From contig CM000153.2 in NCBI GenBank assembly GCA_000004695.1, forward strand, positions 1 to 64,000: a stretch of 64,000 bases of DNA, read 5' to 3'. Made by a program: the position numbers and the translations under genes. Each line of letters opens with the position of its first letter. Position 1 is the first letter of the stretch. The notes under the pieces are model-generated. The model saw only the letters and a list, made by a program, of their open reading frames with translations, was not told where the DNA came from and did not search any database. This DNA is from Dictyostelium discoideum (taxonomy: Eukaryota). Below, piece by piece: positions 13,610 to 31,000 of the stretch.

Positions 13610-15427
13610 TATTATTTCTTTTTTGATTAATGAAAGTTTTTTTTTTTTTTTTTTTTAATTATTTTTAGTGAATTACATTTTATACCAAGAAAAGGGAAAT
13701 CAATAATACCAATTAGATTAATAAGGAGTGAACTTATTGGTAGATTAGTAACATTTAGTGGTGTAGTTACACGTGTTACAGATGTTAAACCATTGGTAGT
13801 TATATCATTGTATACATGTGATATTTGTGGTGCAGAGATCTTTCAAGAGATTACTTCAAGGGAATTTATGCCATTATTTCAGTGTAAGAGTAAACAATGT
13901 ACAGAAGGTGGTAAACAAGCGGGTAATCTTACCCTTCAAACTAGAGGTTCAAAGTTTGTAAAGTTTCAAGAGATTAAAGTTCAAGAGATAGCCAATCAAG
14001 TACCGATTGGTCATACACCACGTTCCATCAAAGTTTATGTTCGTGGTGAACTAACTAGAATGGCTTCACCTGGTGATATTGTTACAATGTCTGGTATATT
14101 TTTACCAACACCCTACACTGGTCATAAAGCTATTAAAGCGGGTCTATTAGCTGACACTTACATTGAGGCCATGCAAATCCTTCAACACAAGAAAACTTAT
14201 GAACAATTGGATCTCACTGAGGAAATGTTAAAGAAAATTCAAGATGAATCACAAAATGAAAATATTTATGATCGATTGGCAATGTCATTGGCACCAGAGA
14301 TCTATGGTCATTTGGATGTAAAGAAAGCATTACTACTAATGATGGTCGGTGGTGAATCAAAACATATGAAAGATGGTATGAACATTAGAGGTGATATCAA
14401 CATTTGTTTAATGGGTGATCCTGGTATCGCAAAGAGTCAACTATTAAAACATATTGCAAAGGTTGCACCACGTGGTATCTATACCTCTGGTAAGGGTAGT
14501 TCTGGTGTTGGTTTAACCGCTGCAGTCATTAGAGATACCATGACAGGTGAATTTGTACTCGAAGGTGGTTCTTTGGTTTTAGCTGATATGGGTATTTGTT
14601 GCATTGACGAGTTTGATAAGATGGAGGATAGTGATCGTACAGCAATTCATGAAGTTATGGAACAACAAACTATCTCCATCGCGAAGGCTGGTATTACCAC
14701 AACTCTAAACGCAAGAACTTCAATTTTAGCAGCTGCAAATCCTGCTTATGGTCGTTATAATTTCGATCGTTCACCAGATGAAAACTTTAGATTACCACAT
14801 TCTTTGTTATCTCGTTTCGATTTACTCTTTTTAATGGTTGATAAAGCAGATATGGATAATGATCGTTTACTCTCTGAACATGTAACCTATGTACATATGC
14901 ATTCAAAACCACCTCAATTATCATTTGAACCATTCGATTCAGAGTTTATTCGTGCCTATGTTTCACAAGCTCGTAAAATTATACCACCCGTACCAAAGGA
15001 TTTAACTAATTACATTGTCGACTCTTATATTACCCTTAGAAAACAAGATAGTGAAACTAAAACCCCTTTCACCTATACTACTGCTCGTACTCTATTGGGT
15101 GTACTTCGTTTATCTCAAGCTTTTGCAAGATTGAAATTCTCTCAACAAGTCTCTCAAGAGGACGTCGAAGAGTCTATGCGTCTAATGTTTGTCTCTAAAC
15201 AATCAATTAGGTTTAAAAATGAAAAAAAGACTCCTCAAAATCCAAGTTCAATTATTTATACACTCATCAAAGATCATTGCGCTTTAAACCGTGTTAAAAA
15301 AGTTTCAATTTTTGATATCCAACAAAAAGTTTTCTCTTCTGGTTTTACTCAACAACATTTAGATGATTGTTTAAATCTTTATAAAAGTGTTTTAAATTCA
15401 AATTCAAATTTTATTTCTTTAATTTAA
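12867..15427 (+). CDS. mcm7: DNA replication licensing factor MCM7 (about 789 aa). Exons 12867..13477 and 13669..15427.
   Basis: N-terminal EKEKCKDFLNFF...LDDVYNF...LFTYALDELIPP aligns with the MCM7 N-terminus. Exon 2 has the zinc finger CDICG...C, Walker A GDPGIAKSQLL, the MCM box IDEFDKM and the arginine finger SRFDLLF, and is near-identical in motif order to human MCM7. The intron has a GTAATT donor, carries (AATAAATAAT) and (AAT)n, and ends TTTTTAG. Exon 1 ends in phase 2. Confidence 0.93.
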
Positions 15428-15560
15428 ATAATAAATTTTTTATTTTTTTTTTATTTTTTTTTTAATTAATTTCAATTGATTGATTTTTTAAATCTTTATA
15501 AAAGTGTTTTTTTAAATATAATTTTTATTTCTTTAATTTAAAATAATAATTTTTTTTTTT
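15361..15560 (+). repeat. local tandem duplication of the last ~100 bp of mcm7 (coding end plus 3' flank)
   Basis: TTGATTGTTTAAATCTTTATAAAAGTGTTTTAAATTCAAA...TTTATTTCTTTAATTTAAATAATAAATTTTTT recurs at 15476-15560 as TTGATTGATTTTTTAAATCTTTATAAAAGTGTTTTTTTAAATATAATTTTTATTTCTTTAATTTAAAATAATAATTTTTT. Confidence 0.6.
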
Positions 15561-15564
15561 TTTT

Positions 15565-16751
15565 TTAATTAATTAATTTCAATTGATCTGAAATTGTATT
15601 ATATTTAAAATTCCAATAATTTTTATGAATTGGATCAATTGTTTCTGATAATAATTTACAAATCTATATTTTTTTTTAAAGAAAAAAAAAAAAAAAATAT
15701 GTTAATGTTAAATAAATAATTAAAAATAATTAAAAATTAATTAAAAATAAAATAATTACATTTAAAGAATTTTCTAAAGAAATTTTAGTATTTTGTTCTT
15801 GATAAATATCTAAAATGATAGAGTTAACATGAGAACAACCAATATACTTTGATTTCATTTCCAATAGTATATCCAAAAGGGAAGGATAAATAGTGGAAAT
15901 CTTTTGACCTTTGAATAAACCTTTAAGATAACTCCAAGGTGATTCATTATTTGGACTATGACGTATATGATTGAAAGCAAATTCAACTTCACGTTCGATC
16001 AAAGACAAAGGGAAAGGAGATGGATTTAAATTTGAAATGACGAAAAAACGGTGATTCCAAACTGAATTATTACGATGATCCAACGATAATAATTTATCGA
16101 CCATTGCCAATTCACCATTCCAATCACGATAGGTTTTTAATAACCATTGTCTATGTGACCATGCATGATAGTTTTTAGCATCCTCCAATAATACACCACT
16201 GAGGAATTCTTTCTCTTTATTATCACTACCAATATATTTTTCAACTATAAAACGTCTATGATTCCAAATTTGATAATTCTTTGGATCTGTTTCTCCCATA
16301 TCATTCAATAAGTTCATCTCTTGTTGAATATCATATTCAATAGTTTCATCTTGTTCAATGGCTTTCAATACTTCCCTTCTATAATACCATATGGTATAAT
16401 TTGATGGATTCTCTTGAATAACTTCCTCTAATAAATCTAATACTCTAAGTGATTTCTCTTTAGATTTTAATATTGCTCTAAAATAATTCATTTTATCCTT
16501 AACTAATTATGAATTAAATAAATGTATATATATATTATCAAATAAAAAATAAATTAAAACTATTAATTAATTTTAATGAAAATATATTAAATTTAAATAT
16601 ATATATATATATATTTAAACTTACAAACTTCTGAATATAAAATTGGGCAAATTGGATGTGGTCCATCATCTTGTGCCAAAGGTTTTACATCACTCCATTC
16701 TGGTCTTTTTGAAAATGGCACATAACCATCATCCTCTTCACTACTTGACAT
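15565..16751 (-). CDS. fntA: protein farnesyltransferase / geranylgeranyltransferase type-1 alpha subunit (about 319 aa). Exons 16751..16629, 16497..15760 and 15663..15565.
   Basis: PPTA tetratricopeptide-like repeats NYTIWYYRR, KNYQIWNHRR, KNYHAWSHRQW and RNNSVWNHRFF. The N-terminus PFSKRPEWSDVKPLAQDDGPHPICPILYSE and the C-terminal exon ...ICKLLSETIDPIHKNYWNF both align with human FNTA. Two introns, with donors GTTTGTAAG and GTAATT and acceptors TTAAG and TATAG. Exon lengths are 123, 738 and 99 nt, all in phase 0. Confidence 0.85.
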
Positions 16752-17135
16752 TTTTATGTTTTTAATTTGGAAAAATAATAAAAAAAATAATAAAAAAATA
16801 ATTAAAAAATGAAAAAAAAAAAAAAAAATTTTTTTTTTATTTTTTTTTATTTTTTAAAATTCCAAATTGAATGGTTTATTAATTTTTTTTTTTTTTAATG
16901 GTCCTTAGAGTTGATGGTATTGACATTATTTCTTGGTAATATTAAGTGGTAATTCTAAACTTCCACCTGTACTATTTTTTTTTTTTTTTATAAAATCTTT
17001 TATGTTTTTTTTTTTTTTTTTATATTATATTATCTTGTTTGTTTTTTTTTTTTGTTTTTTTATATTATTATAAAATAAAATTTGGCCGTATTCCTCACTC
17101 ACGCGACTATTCCATTTTTAGAAACTCATTATTTT

Positions 17136-17226
17136 AGAAAATCAAATTTAAGATTTTCTAAAAATAGAATTGAAGTTATTAAATTATCAAATTTAATAAC
17201 TTCAATTCTATTTTTAGAAAATTTAT
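17136..17226. other. perfect 30-bp inverted repeat hairpin with clustered TTTTTAGAAA motifs
   Basis: TTCTAAAAATAGAATTGAAGTTATTAAATT-ATCAA-ATTTAATAACTTCAATTCTATTTTTAGAA. Five copies of the (A)TTTTAGAA(A) motif lie between 17110 and 17270. A GC-rich GGCCGTATTCCTCACTCACGCGAC precedes it. Confidence 0.6.
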
Positions 17227-17606
17227 AAATTTAGAATGTTTTCTATTCTAATAATTCCCTATTTTTTAGAATATTTCATTTTAAATATTTAAAATATATT
17301 TAATTATTAATAAAAAATATATTAAATAATAATAATTTCCGTTTTAATTTTGGTTGTTCAGTTTAATAAATATAAAAGATACAAAAAAGATATTAAAAGA
17401 TTATAAACACTAAAAAAAAAAAATATAAACAAGATACAGAAAAGATAAGGTTTAAGATATTGAATATATAAAAAAATAAAAAAAAAGTTACAAATTCAAC
17501 CATTTAACTAAATAATATTAAATTATCTATTTATTTATATAAAGAATAATTGATTTTCTCATTCTTATCACCTTTATGTATTGAAACTTTGTTACATTAG
17601 TATCTT

Positions 17607-17718
17607 TTATTTTTTATTCGAATCTGATAAATCAATTGATATAAAATGATCATCATTATTTTGTTGTTCTTGTTGGTGTTCATATTGTTGTTCATGTTGT
17701 TGTTCATGTTGTTGTTCA

Positions 17719-17785
<67 letters not shown>

Positions 17786-18759
17786 GCTGTTGCTGTTGAT
17801 GTTGATGTTGGGGTAATTGTTGAAATTGTTGTTGTTGTGGTTGTTGCAATTGTTGATGATTATATTGTTCACAGTTAGATTGAGCTGATTTTCTATTTGG
17901 CTCTTGTTTTGAATTTATTGATTGTTCTTTTTGATTTTCAGGTAAATGTTGATCTTCAGTTTGAAATCCATCTACACATATAAAAAGTGAAGATTTAATT
18001 TTATCTTTTTCATGGTTACTATTACTACAACTATGATGATTATCTTGTCCAAATACTGCAGTGGTTGTTATTGTATTATTATTATCTATATTATTACTGC
18101 TAATGATATCAGATTCTAATTGTTCCAAGAGTGATCTTTGTTTTCTTGCAAAATGCATAACCAAAATCTCTGATGTAAACCATAATATTTCACAAATTGA
18201 TTGAAATATATCTTTTGCTTTTATTTCTGATCCTGAATCGTCCCAAACTTCAGAATTCATTAAAACTAATGGAATAAAATCAAATAAAAATAATACTAAA
18301 CTTAATAAAAAGAACTATTTAAAAAGTAAATAAAATATTACCATAATTGTTTTTTTTTTTTTTTTTTTTTTTTTTTGGAAAACTTACAATAAATAATAAC
18401 ATTGAAATTCTTTTATAACTTGAAAAAAATCCAAAAATCATAGTAACAATATCACAACCAAATGAAATATACAGGAACCATGGTAATATTTTATAATAAA
18501 ATGAATTTATAAAAATTATAATAATCTAATAAAAAATTAATTAATTTACTATTTTTTTATTTATTTTTATTTTTAATTTTTTTTTATTTAAAAAAAATAT
18601 AATAAATACCATTTTAATTATTATCGTTAATTGTAAGGAAACTGCACATTTCCCAATTTTATCTACCTTTTGACCATTGAAAAAATTTATAATATAGAAA
18701 ATCATTGATTCCAGTTTAGATAATTATTTATTTGCTAAAAAAAAAAAAAAAAAAAAAAG

Positions 18760-18805
<46 letters not shown>

Positions 18806-18927
18806 TCAAATAAATTTTCGATTATTTATTTATAAACTTTTTTTTTTTTTTTTGGTAATAAACAAAATTTATAATTAAAAAAAAATATAATCGAATTAAA
18901 CATTTTTAAAAAAAAAAATTAAAAATG

Positions 18928-18964
<37 letters not shown>

Positions 18965-19070
18965 AAAAACAAACCATTTCCATTTTTAAAAGTTTACTAA
19001 AATGACAATCTTCCAATTTACTTTCTCCTCTTGTGGTTATTAACTTTTTGATTTCCATATATTAATATGA
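17607..19070 (-). CDS. hypothetical multi-exon membrane protein with a C-terminal poly-Gln tail. Tentative exons about 19070..18990, 18715..18600, 18505..18405 and 18334..17607.
   Basis: The last exon reads FFLLSLVLFLFDFIPLVLMNSEVWDD...(Q)n...HEQQHEQQ*. Upstream exons were found by eye: ...LPWFLYISFGCDIVTMIFGFFSSYKRISMLLFI|GTAAGT, MIFYIINFFNGQKVDKIGKCAVSLQLTIIIKM|GTATTT, and MEIKKLITTRGESKLEDCHFSKLLKMEM|GTTTGT. No family was recognised. Exon boundaries are approximate. Confidence 0.35.
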
Positions 19071-19489
19071 GGTAGGGGTAAAAAAAAAAAAATAAAAAAA
19101 AAAAAAAGATGAAAAATCTACACACACAAATAAAAAATTACAAATTAACAATTTCTTATAAATAAATAAAAATAGTAGTGATAACTACCATTATTTTTAT
19201 TTATTTTTTTTTATTATTATTATTTTTTTTTTTTTTTTTTATTTAATTATTTTTATTATTATTATTATTATTTTTATTATTATTATTTTTATTATTATTA
19301 TTATTATTTTTATTATTATTATTATTATTAAATTATATCGCTATTTCTTTATTCAAATGTAAATTGCCTTTTATAACTTGGTAATAAAATTATGATATAA
19401 TTTTTAAACCATGTGATTATATTATTTTGAAAGCATATAAATATATATAATTATATGTTCTTGTATATCTAGATATATTTATGGTTGTA

Positions 19490-20030
19490 CATCAAAACTT
19501 TTTCCATGATGTAGAAGTAGAAGAAGAAGAGGGATGTTGATTATTATTGCTGTTGTCTATTATATTTCTATTTGAATCTGAAGATAAACTTTTAATAGAA
19601 GAATTTCTAACCATTTCCAAACCCTTATCTGTAGTTTAAATTAATAAATAAATAATTTTTTTTAAAATAAAAAAAAATAATAATTAATCAATTAGATATA
19701 TTCTGTGAAATCAAAAAAAAAAAAAAAAAAAAAAGAAAAATAAAAAAAAAAAAAAAAAAAAAAATAGACTACTTACTAAAAATCAATTCACCAGAGTTTA
19801 AATAAACTAATAGGCCTGTTCTTATTTTATCATTTTTAATTTTATTGGCTGGTCTTAATCTGTTAAGAAAACCTATTTCATTAAAATTTATTTTTTTTAT
19901 TTTATTTTATTTTATTTTTCTACATACAATGAAAATCCTGTAAAATGTCTTAGACAAGCGATTGAGGTGGATACGACAGCAGCATCTGCCACAAATGAAA
20001 CAATACTTGAAAGTAACATATTTCTTTTTA
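19490..20030 (-). CDS. possible small multi-exon gene encoding a short hydrophobic protein (MLLSSIVSFVADAAVVSTSIACLRHFTGFSLY..., then ...RPANKIKNDKIRTGLLVYLNSGELIF|GTAAGT, then a terminal exon)
   Basis: Short in-frame exon candidates with GT donors and AG acceptors were found by eye. The phases are ambiguous and no homology was recognised. Confidence 0.15.
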
Positions 20031-20487
20031 TATTTGGTGTAAGGAATGAAAAAAAAAAAAAAAAAAATTAGATAAAAAAAAAAAAAAGTGAACCCATGGG
20101 GGACTTTTTTTTTGAAGGAAAAATAAAAAAAAAATATTAAAATAATAAAAAAGTTTTATTTTATTTGGCAAGAAAAAAAAAGTACTATGAAAAAAAATAA
20201 AAATAAAATAAAAATAAAATAAAAAAATAAAAAAATTCAATGTAAACAAAATAAATAAAATTATAATTGATTCAATCTTTGCATAATTTAAATCAAAACA
20301 AATTATTTTCCTTTTATGGTTATTAATATTTTCATAAAACATTAATTATTCTAATATTAAAATATATTTTTTTTTTTTCATTTTTTTTTTTTTTTCATTT
20401 TTTTTTTTTTTTTTTTTTTTTTATATTATTTATTTCCATTAATTAAAATAAGGATTTCAATGATTAAAATAAAAAAAATAATAAAGA

Positions 20488-22100
<1,613 letters not shown>

Positions 22101-22194
22101 TAAAATTAAGTTTAAATTTTTATTATGATTATTATTATTATTATTACTTTAAATACTTTTTATTTATTTCCTTTATTTATTTATTTATTTATTA

Positions 22195-22511
22195 TTATTT
22201 CTTTTGAACATTTAATAAATGTAACAAAGAATTTGAAGATAAAATGATTTCAGGTACTAAATCGAAACTAGCACGATTATTAATAGATTGAATAGAAATC
22301 TTTGCACATTCATTGGTTGTTTCTTGAAAAGCACATAAAGTCAAAGCAACAATAAACTCTTGATAAATACTCTCTGGTAAGAATACCCTTTTCTTTGATA
22401 ATTGTTGAATATAATTATTTTGTTTAATGATATCATCCCTATATATTAAATAATTGGTTAACCCAATAACTGGTTTATAATGAACTGAATTACAAAGATT
22501 ATTATTATTAC

Positions 22512-22592
<81 letters not shown>

Positions 22593-23766
22593 TATTATTT
22601 GTTGTGTTTGTTGTTGTGTTTGTTGTTGTTGATGATGATGATGCTGTAGTTGGTGGAATTGATAATTCATCTTCTTCAGCGATTTCAGATAAATTTAAAA
22701 GGCTTTTACTATTATTTATTTTAGTTATTCTTTCACAAATTGGAATATTATCAATAAATTTATATCCTAATGATGAAATTCTAAAAATAATAATTTTGAT
22801 ATTAATAATAATAATAATAATAATTAAAAATAATAATAAAATGAAAAACCAACCTTGTTATCATTTCACAAAAGATAACTCTTGAAAACATTGATAATAA
22901 TAAAATATTTTGAGTATAGACAGATTGAATTGTTTTTAATAATATGATTCTATTAGCAGAAGTAATAAATTCTATTCTTGGTAAAGATTTATCTAAAACA
23001 ACTGGTTTCAACTGAGTTGTTAATAATTTCAAAGCATTCTCTGTTAATGTGTTACTATTATTATTATTATTATTGGTAATACCACTTGAATTTGAGAATA
23101 AATCATCAGATTTGTAGATATAGGATGGTAATGATAAAGTTGGTGCATTGAAAACCCTCTCTTTACCAAGCCTTTTAATATACTCTTGATTATAGATACA
23201 AATTAAACATGACTCTAATCCAATCAAAACATTATTGGTTGGATGTGATTTACTTAAATAAACCCACATCAATGCTGGTAAAAATGACAATACAAACTTT
23301 TTACTTGAAATACAATTTAAATTATACCAACTATAAAACCATTTACATATTATATCATTTCTCTAAAATATTTCCAAATAATCAAATTAATAAATTATAT
23401 ACATATATTAATAATAGAAATATAAAAAATAAAAAAATAAAATAAAATAAAACTTACAGTTCCAAATGAATCTAATAAAATTGAATTTAAAATTGATTGA
23501 AATAATGATTCACTTTCTAAAAATAAACTTGCATAAAATGAAATATCATTTATTATTGATTCTAACAAGGTTTTCATTATTTTCTCAATATTGATATTGA
23601 CTGCTCCACCATTGCTTTGATTAATTAAAATATCACCATTTTCATTGTTGTTTTGTTTTTGACAATGACTATTGAAATAGGTTATTAATTGATTTATAAG
23701 TATTGAAGCTGTTGTTTTATCTTGAGCACTCTCTTTTCTTATTGGTGCTGCACTTGTTCCTTCCAT
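22195..23766 (-). CDS. Hyccin/FAM126-like protein (about 467 aa, with an internal poly-Asn tract). Exons 23766..23458, 23362..22854 and 22780..22195.
   Basis: FLPALMWVYLS...LIGLESCLICIYNQEYIKRLGKERVFNAPTLSLPSYIY...TLTENALK lines up with human hyccin FLPELIWCYLA...[38 protein letters not shown]...ALTESALS, which I recalled from memory. Donors are ACT|GTAAGT and ACAAG|GTTGGT, and acceptors are TTTTAG. The 73-bp intron 2 is short. The (AAT)n tract stays in frame and encodes Asn. Confidence 0.5.
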
Positions 23767-23910
23767 TTTCTAATAAAAAAAAAAAATTAAAAAAATATAT
23801 AATAATAATAAAAAAAAAAAAATAAAAAAAAAAATGGGTTAAAATTTTTTCTTTTAATTTGAGAATCAAAACAAATCACAAGTTTAATAAAACCCACACT
23901 TCTCTTTCGA

Positions 23911-23957
<47 letters not shown>

Positions 23958-24364
23958 AAACTTTTTTGATATTTTTTGGAAAAAAAAATTTTAAAAAAAA
24001 ATAAAAAAACTTTTTTTTTATTTTTTTTTATTTTTGCTCTTTACGCATTGACTGTATTTTTATCTGTATTTTATACATTGTATTTTACAAAATCCCCCCC
24101 ACACCTCACCAATCATTTTTAGAGTAAACGCACACACACACCACTCTAAATAAATAAATATAAATTTAATTTAAAAGATAAATTAATTGTCTCTTTACAC
24201 ATTTTAAAATATAATATTACATAATACCAAAAACAATAAAAAAAAAAAAATAAATAAAAAAAAATAATAATAATAATTACGCATATAAAACTTGTACATT
24301 AGTAATAAAAATATATTATATAAATATAATATAATATAATATAATATAATATAATAAATAAAAG

Positions 24365-24395
<31 letters not shown>

Positions 24396-24417
24396 GAAAA
24401 AAAAAAAAAAAAAAGAA

Positions 24418-26871
<2,454 letters not shown>

Positions 26872-27268
26872 AAATAATACCAAATCAAAATAAATAAAAA
26901 TATAAAAAATAACTCTAAAAAAATAAAATAAAAAAAAAATGAAAACACATTCAATGAAAATGTAAGGAGGAGCACACAAAAAATAAAAAAATAAAAACAT
27001 CACAACAGTAAAAAATGAAAATGTAAGAGTATTCTAAAAAAAATAAAAAAAATAAAAAATTATCAAAATAAAATAAAACACAATGGAAAAAAAAAATCTT
27101 AATCTAGATTTTTTTAGAGTAATATAAGAAAGTTTTCAATCCAATTATTTGAAGGAGGTTTGTTTTTTTTTTATTTTATTTTATTTTTATTTTTATTTTT
27201 ATTTTTTTTTTATTTTTTTTTTTTTCACTATCGATCTGATTTTTTTTTTTTCATTCTTAACAAACCCC

Positions 27269-27301
<33 letters not shown>

Positions 27302-27715
27302 TATATTTTTTTAAAATTTTAAAAAAAAAAAAAAATAAAAAAAAAAAAAATATTCTAACCGTTTGCATCAAATATTGTATCTAAATTAATTTATTTATTT
27401 AATTATTTATTTCATTCACACTTTGTACCTGTATTATTATTATTGTTATTATTATTTATTTAAAACAAGTTGTGATCCCATTTTTTTTTTTTTTTATTTA
27501 TATCATATAACATATTTTTTTTATTTTTTCAAACACATCTATTTTTATCACTTTATTTTTTATTTTTATATTTTATATTTTTTTTTTTTTTTTTTTTTTT
27601 ATAAATAAATAATAAATAAATTTATTTTAAAAAAAAACCTTCACTCACACATACACACTTCCAAACACAGTTTAAATCTTTTGTGTTATTATATTTTTTA
27701 TTCAATTAAAACACC

Positions 27716-27772
<57 letters not shown>

Positions 27773-28009
27773 GGTCCAAATAGAAAAAAAAAAAAAAAAA
27801 AAATACATTAAAAATTAAAAATATAGAATAAAAAAAAAGAGAAAAAAAAAAATAAATAATAAATACAAATAGAGAAACAATTATAACAAATATAGGAACA
27901 AGAAAAGTTTAATTTTTTTTTTTTTTTTTTGTTGTAAACAAAACCAAAAAAAAAAAAAACCAAAAAAAAAAACCAAAAAAAAAAAAAAAGAAATAAATAA
28001 AAAGAAATA

Positions 28010-31000
28010 ATGGTCATACAAGAAATAATATGTATACATGAGCATATAAAGGAACCTCTTCAAATGATATTATTGGATTGCAGGGCAACACTAAATCTGG
28101 TGATGAGAGAAGAAGCATTTCAAAAAGAATATGAAAAGTTATATTCAGATAGTAACAAGTTCCTATCGATTGTAAATACATTCCTTAGTGTTCATGTGTT
28201 TCCAGATGGTGATGTTAGATTAATGCCATCATCAGATGATAAAGAGATTAACATTGCAGAATACTCTGAAACTAAAAAGTTTTATCTTCAATGTTTTATT
28301 GCGGCATTTAGTAAATTTCGTAAACATACAGCAAAACTTATCAATACAATCAAATCAATGGATATGCAATATTTAAAACAAAATCAAACCATCTTCTCTT
28401 TATTAAAACATAAATTAAACTATATAATGTTTAGTGTTTTAGATTCTGCTAGATATATTATTAAAGTTTTAAGATCAAATTCTTTAAGTGAATTAAATTT
28501 TACTCATTTCAATGATAGTGTTTGTATTTTTTTATTTTTATTTTCTTAAAAAAAAATTAAAAAAATTATAGAAAATTTCATACTAATATTTTTTTTATTT
28601 TTTTTTTTATTACTATTTCTTTAAAGAATATTAATAATGTATCAACAGATTTTTTAATAAAAATGAAACAATTAACAGAATATTGTTGTGATCCACCAAG
28701 TGGATTGAATAGATATGATTTTGGTGACTTTAAAAAGAAGTATATGGATTCATTTACAACATTTTCAGAGTTGATGAATGAATGTTTATTTGATATTTCA
28801 AAGCAATCAAAATCGATCATTGAGACTTCCAATGGTTTATTAGAGGATTTAGGTATACTTTTCGAATTAACACTCAGAAGTGCTTCAATGGGAAATGGTA
28901 TTGGTTCATTTCACTTGGATATGCTCTCAAAAAGATCCGATATTGAAAAATGGATCGTTGATTTAGTTGAAAAGGTAAAATTCATTTTACCACTCATTAT
29001 CCAATGTTTTAAGAAATTACCAAGTCCAAATCCTTTAACAAATTATTTACCTTTAATTGGTGAAGAATATCAACAAAAACAACAACTACAACTACAACAA
29101 CAGTCCGGTATTACTATTGATACCGATGACTCAAGTAGTGTAACTTCAACTTCTGAAAGTAATTATTCTTCTGCTCTTCTCACCACTGGTGATCATAGTA
29201 ACCGTAGTAGTATCATAAGTAACGGTGGTGCAAACTTACCAACCAGTCTAAGTAATTTAGAAACTTTTTTAGATACTACTCCAAAATTAACAACTACAAC
29301 AACCACAACTACAACTACTACAACTACTACAACTACAACAACACCACAATACTTAAATGTAAATTCTAATTCATCTCATTCTTCATTACAACCATCACCA
29401 CAACCTTTTAATATCAATAATAATTCACCAAATAATAATCCAAATAATAATCCAAATAATAATAATAATAATCCAAATAATAATAATAATCCAAATAATA
29501 TTAGTAGTCATAAAAGACAAAATTCAGATTTACCAATAATTGTATTATCTTTGGATGATGATGATGATGATGATCAAGATACTCCAGTAATTTGGTCAAT
29601 GTCAGTATCTGAGGTTTCATCTGATCCATTTAATAAAGAGAAACCACAACAAAACCAACAACAATCTCCAACTTTGACCGATGATAAAAAGAAGAAATGG
29701 TTTAGAAATCCATTTAAAAAGGATTCACCAAGTACATCACCAACACCAACACCATTAAATCAACAAAACATAAAAATTCCACCAATTCAAACCTCCTCAA
29801 TATCAGTTTCAACCTCACCAAATTCAAACTCTTCAAATTCATCACCACTTTTATCACCAAAACTTCAAGGTAATTCAACCTTTACCTCCAACTCTTCATC
29901 TTCAATTAATAATGAAATTTCAATTCCATTACCAAATGTTTTAATAAATCCATTTAGTAATTCAAATAATAACAATGCTAAATTGATTGAGATTTTAGAG
30001 AATATCATTGACGAGTTTGACCATACTCAAGAAGATGAGATTCTATTTGATTCAATCAAAAAGACTATACCTATTGGACTTCAAGGAAAGGTTGAAGATA
30101 AATCCATTGAACTATTCGATACCACCACTTCATCGTTACTCAAAGATTACATTGTTGAATATGATGGTCATAAATCAAAGAGATTCACCTCAAAGCTATT
30201 GGTAGAATTTGATCATAATGAAAGACATATCGCTCACTATCACCAAATACATCAACAAGAACATTACAATTATACTGCCAATATACCAGAGTTTGGTGGT
30301 AATATTATATTATCAATTAAAAAAGAACCTGAACAAACATTAAATTCTACTCCTTCAACAATAACTAATAGCACTAGTAATAGTAATCTCTCTGCAATCA
30401 CTTCACCTACGACATCAATGACTACAAGTCGTCAACATCATCATCAACATCATAATCACCACCATCATAATCATCATCATCATCATCATAGAGTTTTAAT
30501 AAGAATGAAAAATAGTACTGAACGTTTAATGATTAAATCCTCAAGTAACAAAGAATCAGATTTAATTAAAGCTGTCATTAGTTATCTTAAAGTAATTGTA
30601 AAGATATCTTCATCATCACTCAAATTGAATAGATCTGAACAATTGATTCAACAATTACTCCAATATGAACATCAAAATCTAAAGAGACAATATTCCTTTT
30701 TACTATTATTCCAAGGTGAAGGTCAATCAAATGAAAATCAACTTTTATCCAATAATAACGTTAGTAGAGAGTTTATTGATTTCTATAAATTCTTAGGAAA
30801 AACTGTTCCTTTAAAAAATTGGAAGAGATATTCTGGTGATATCTATAATACCAATAATAATAATAATAACTCCTCCTATGAACAAGATTCTATCGTTTAC
30901 AATCAAGTTAATGATATTGAAGTTGTCTTTCAAGTTACTAATCTTTTAGAGTCTCTAGAAAAACGAAAAGAACTCTATTCAAAATCTCAAGTTATTATCA

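Noticed and set aside
24090-24140. C-rich tract ATCCCCCCCACACCTCACC upstream of the RasGAP gene, as a possible regulatory element
   Set aside because: It is a single short homopolymer-containing stretch. It is unusual for this genome but too small to interpret, and the most economical reading is promoter-region noise.
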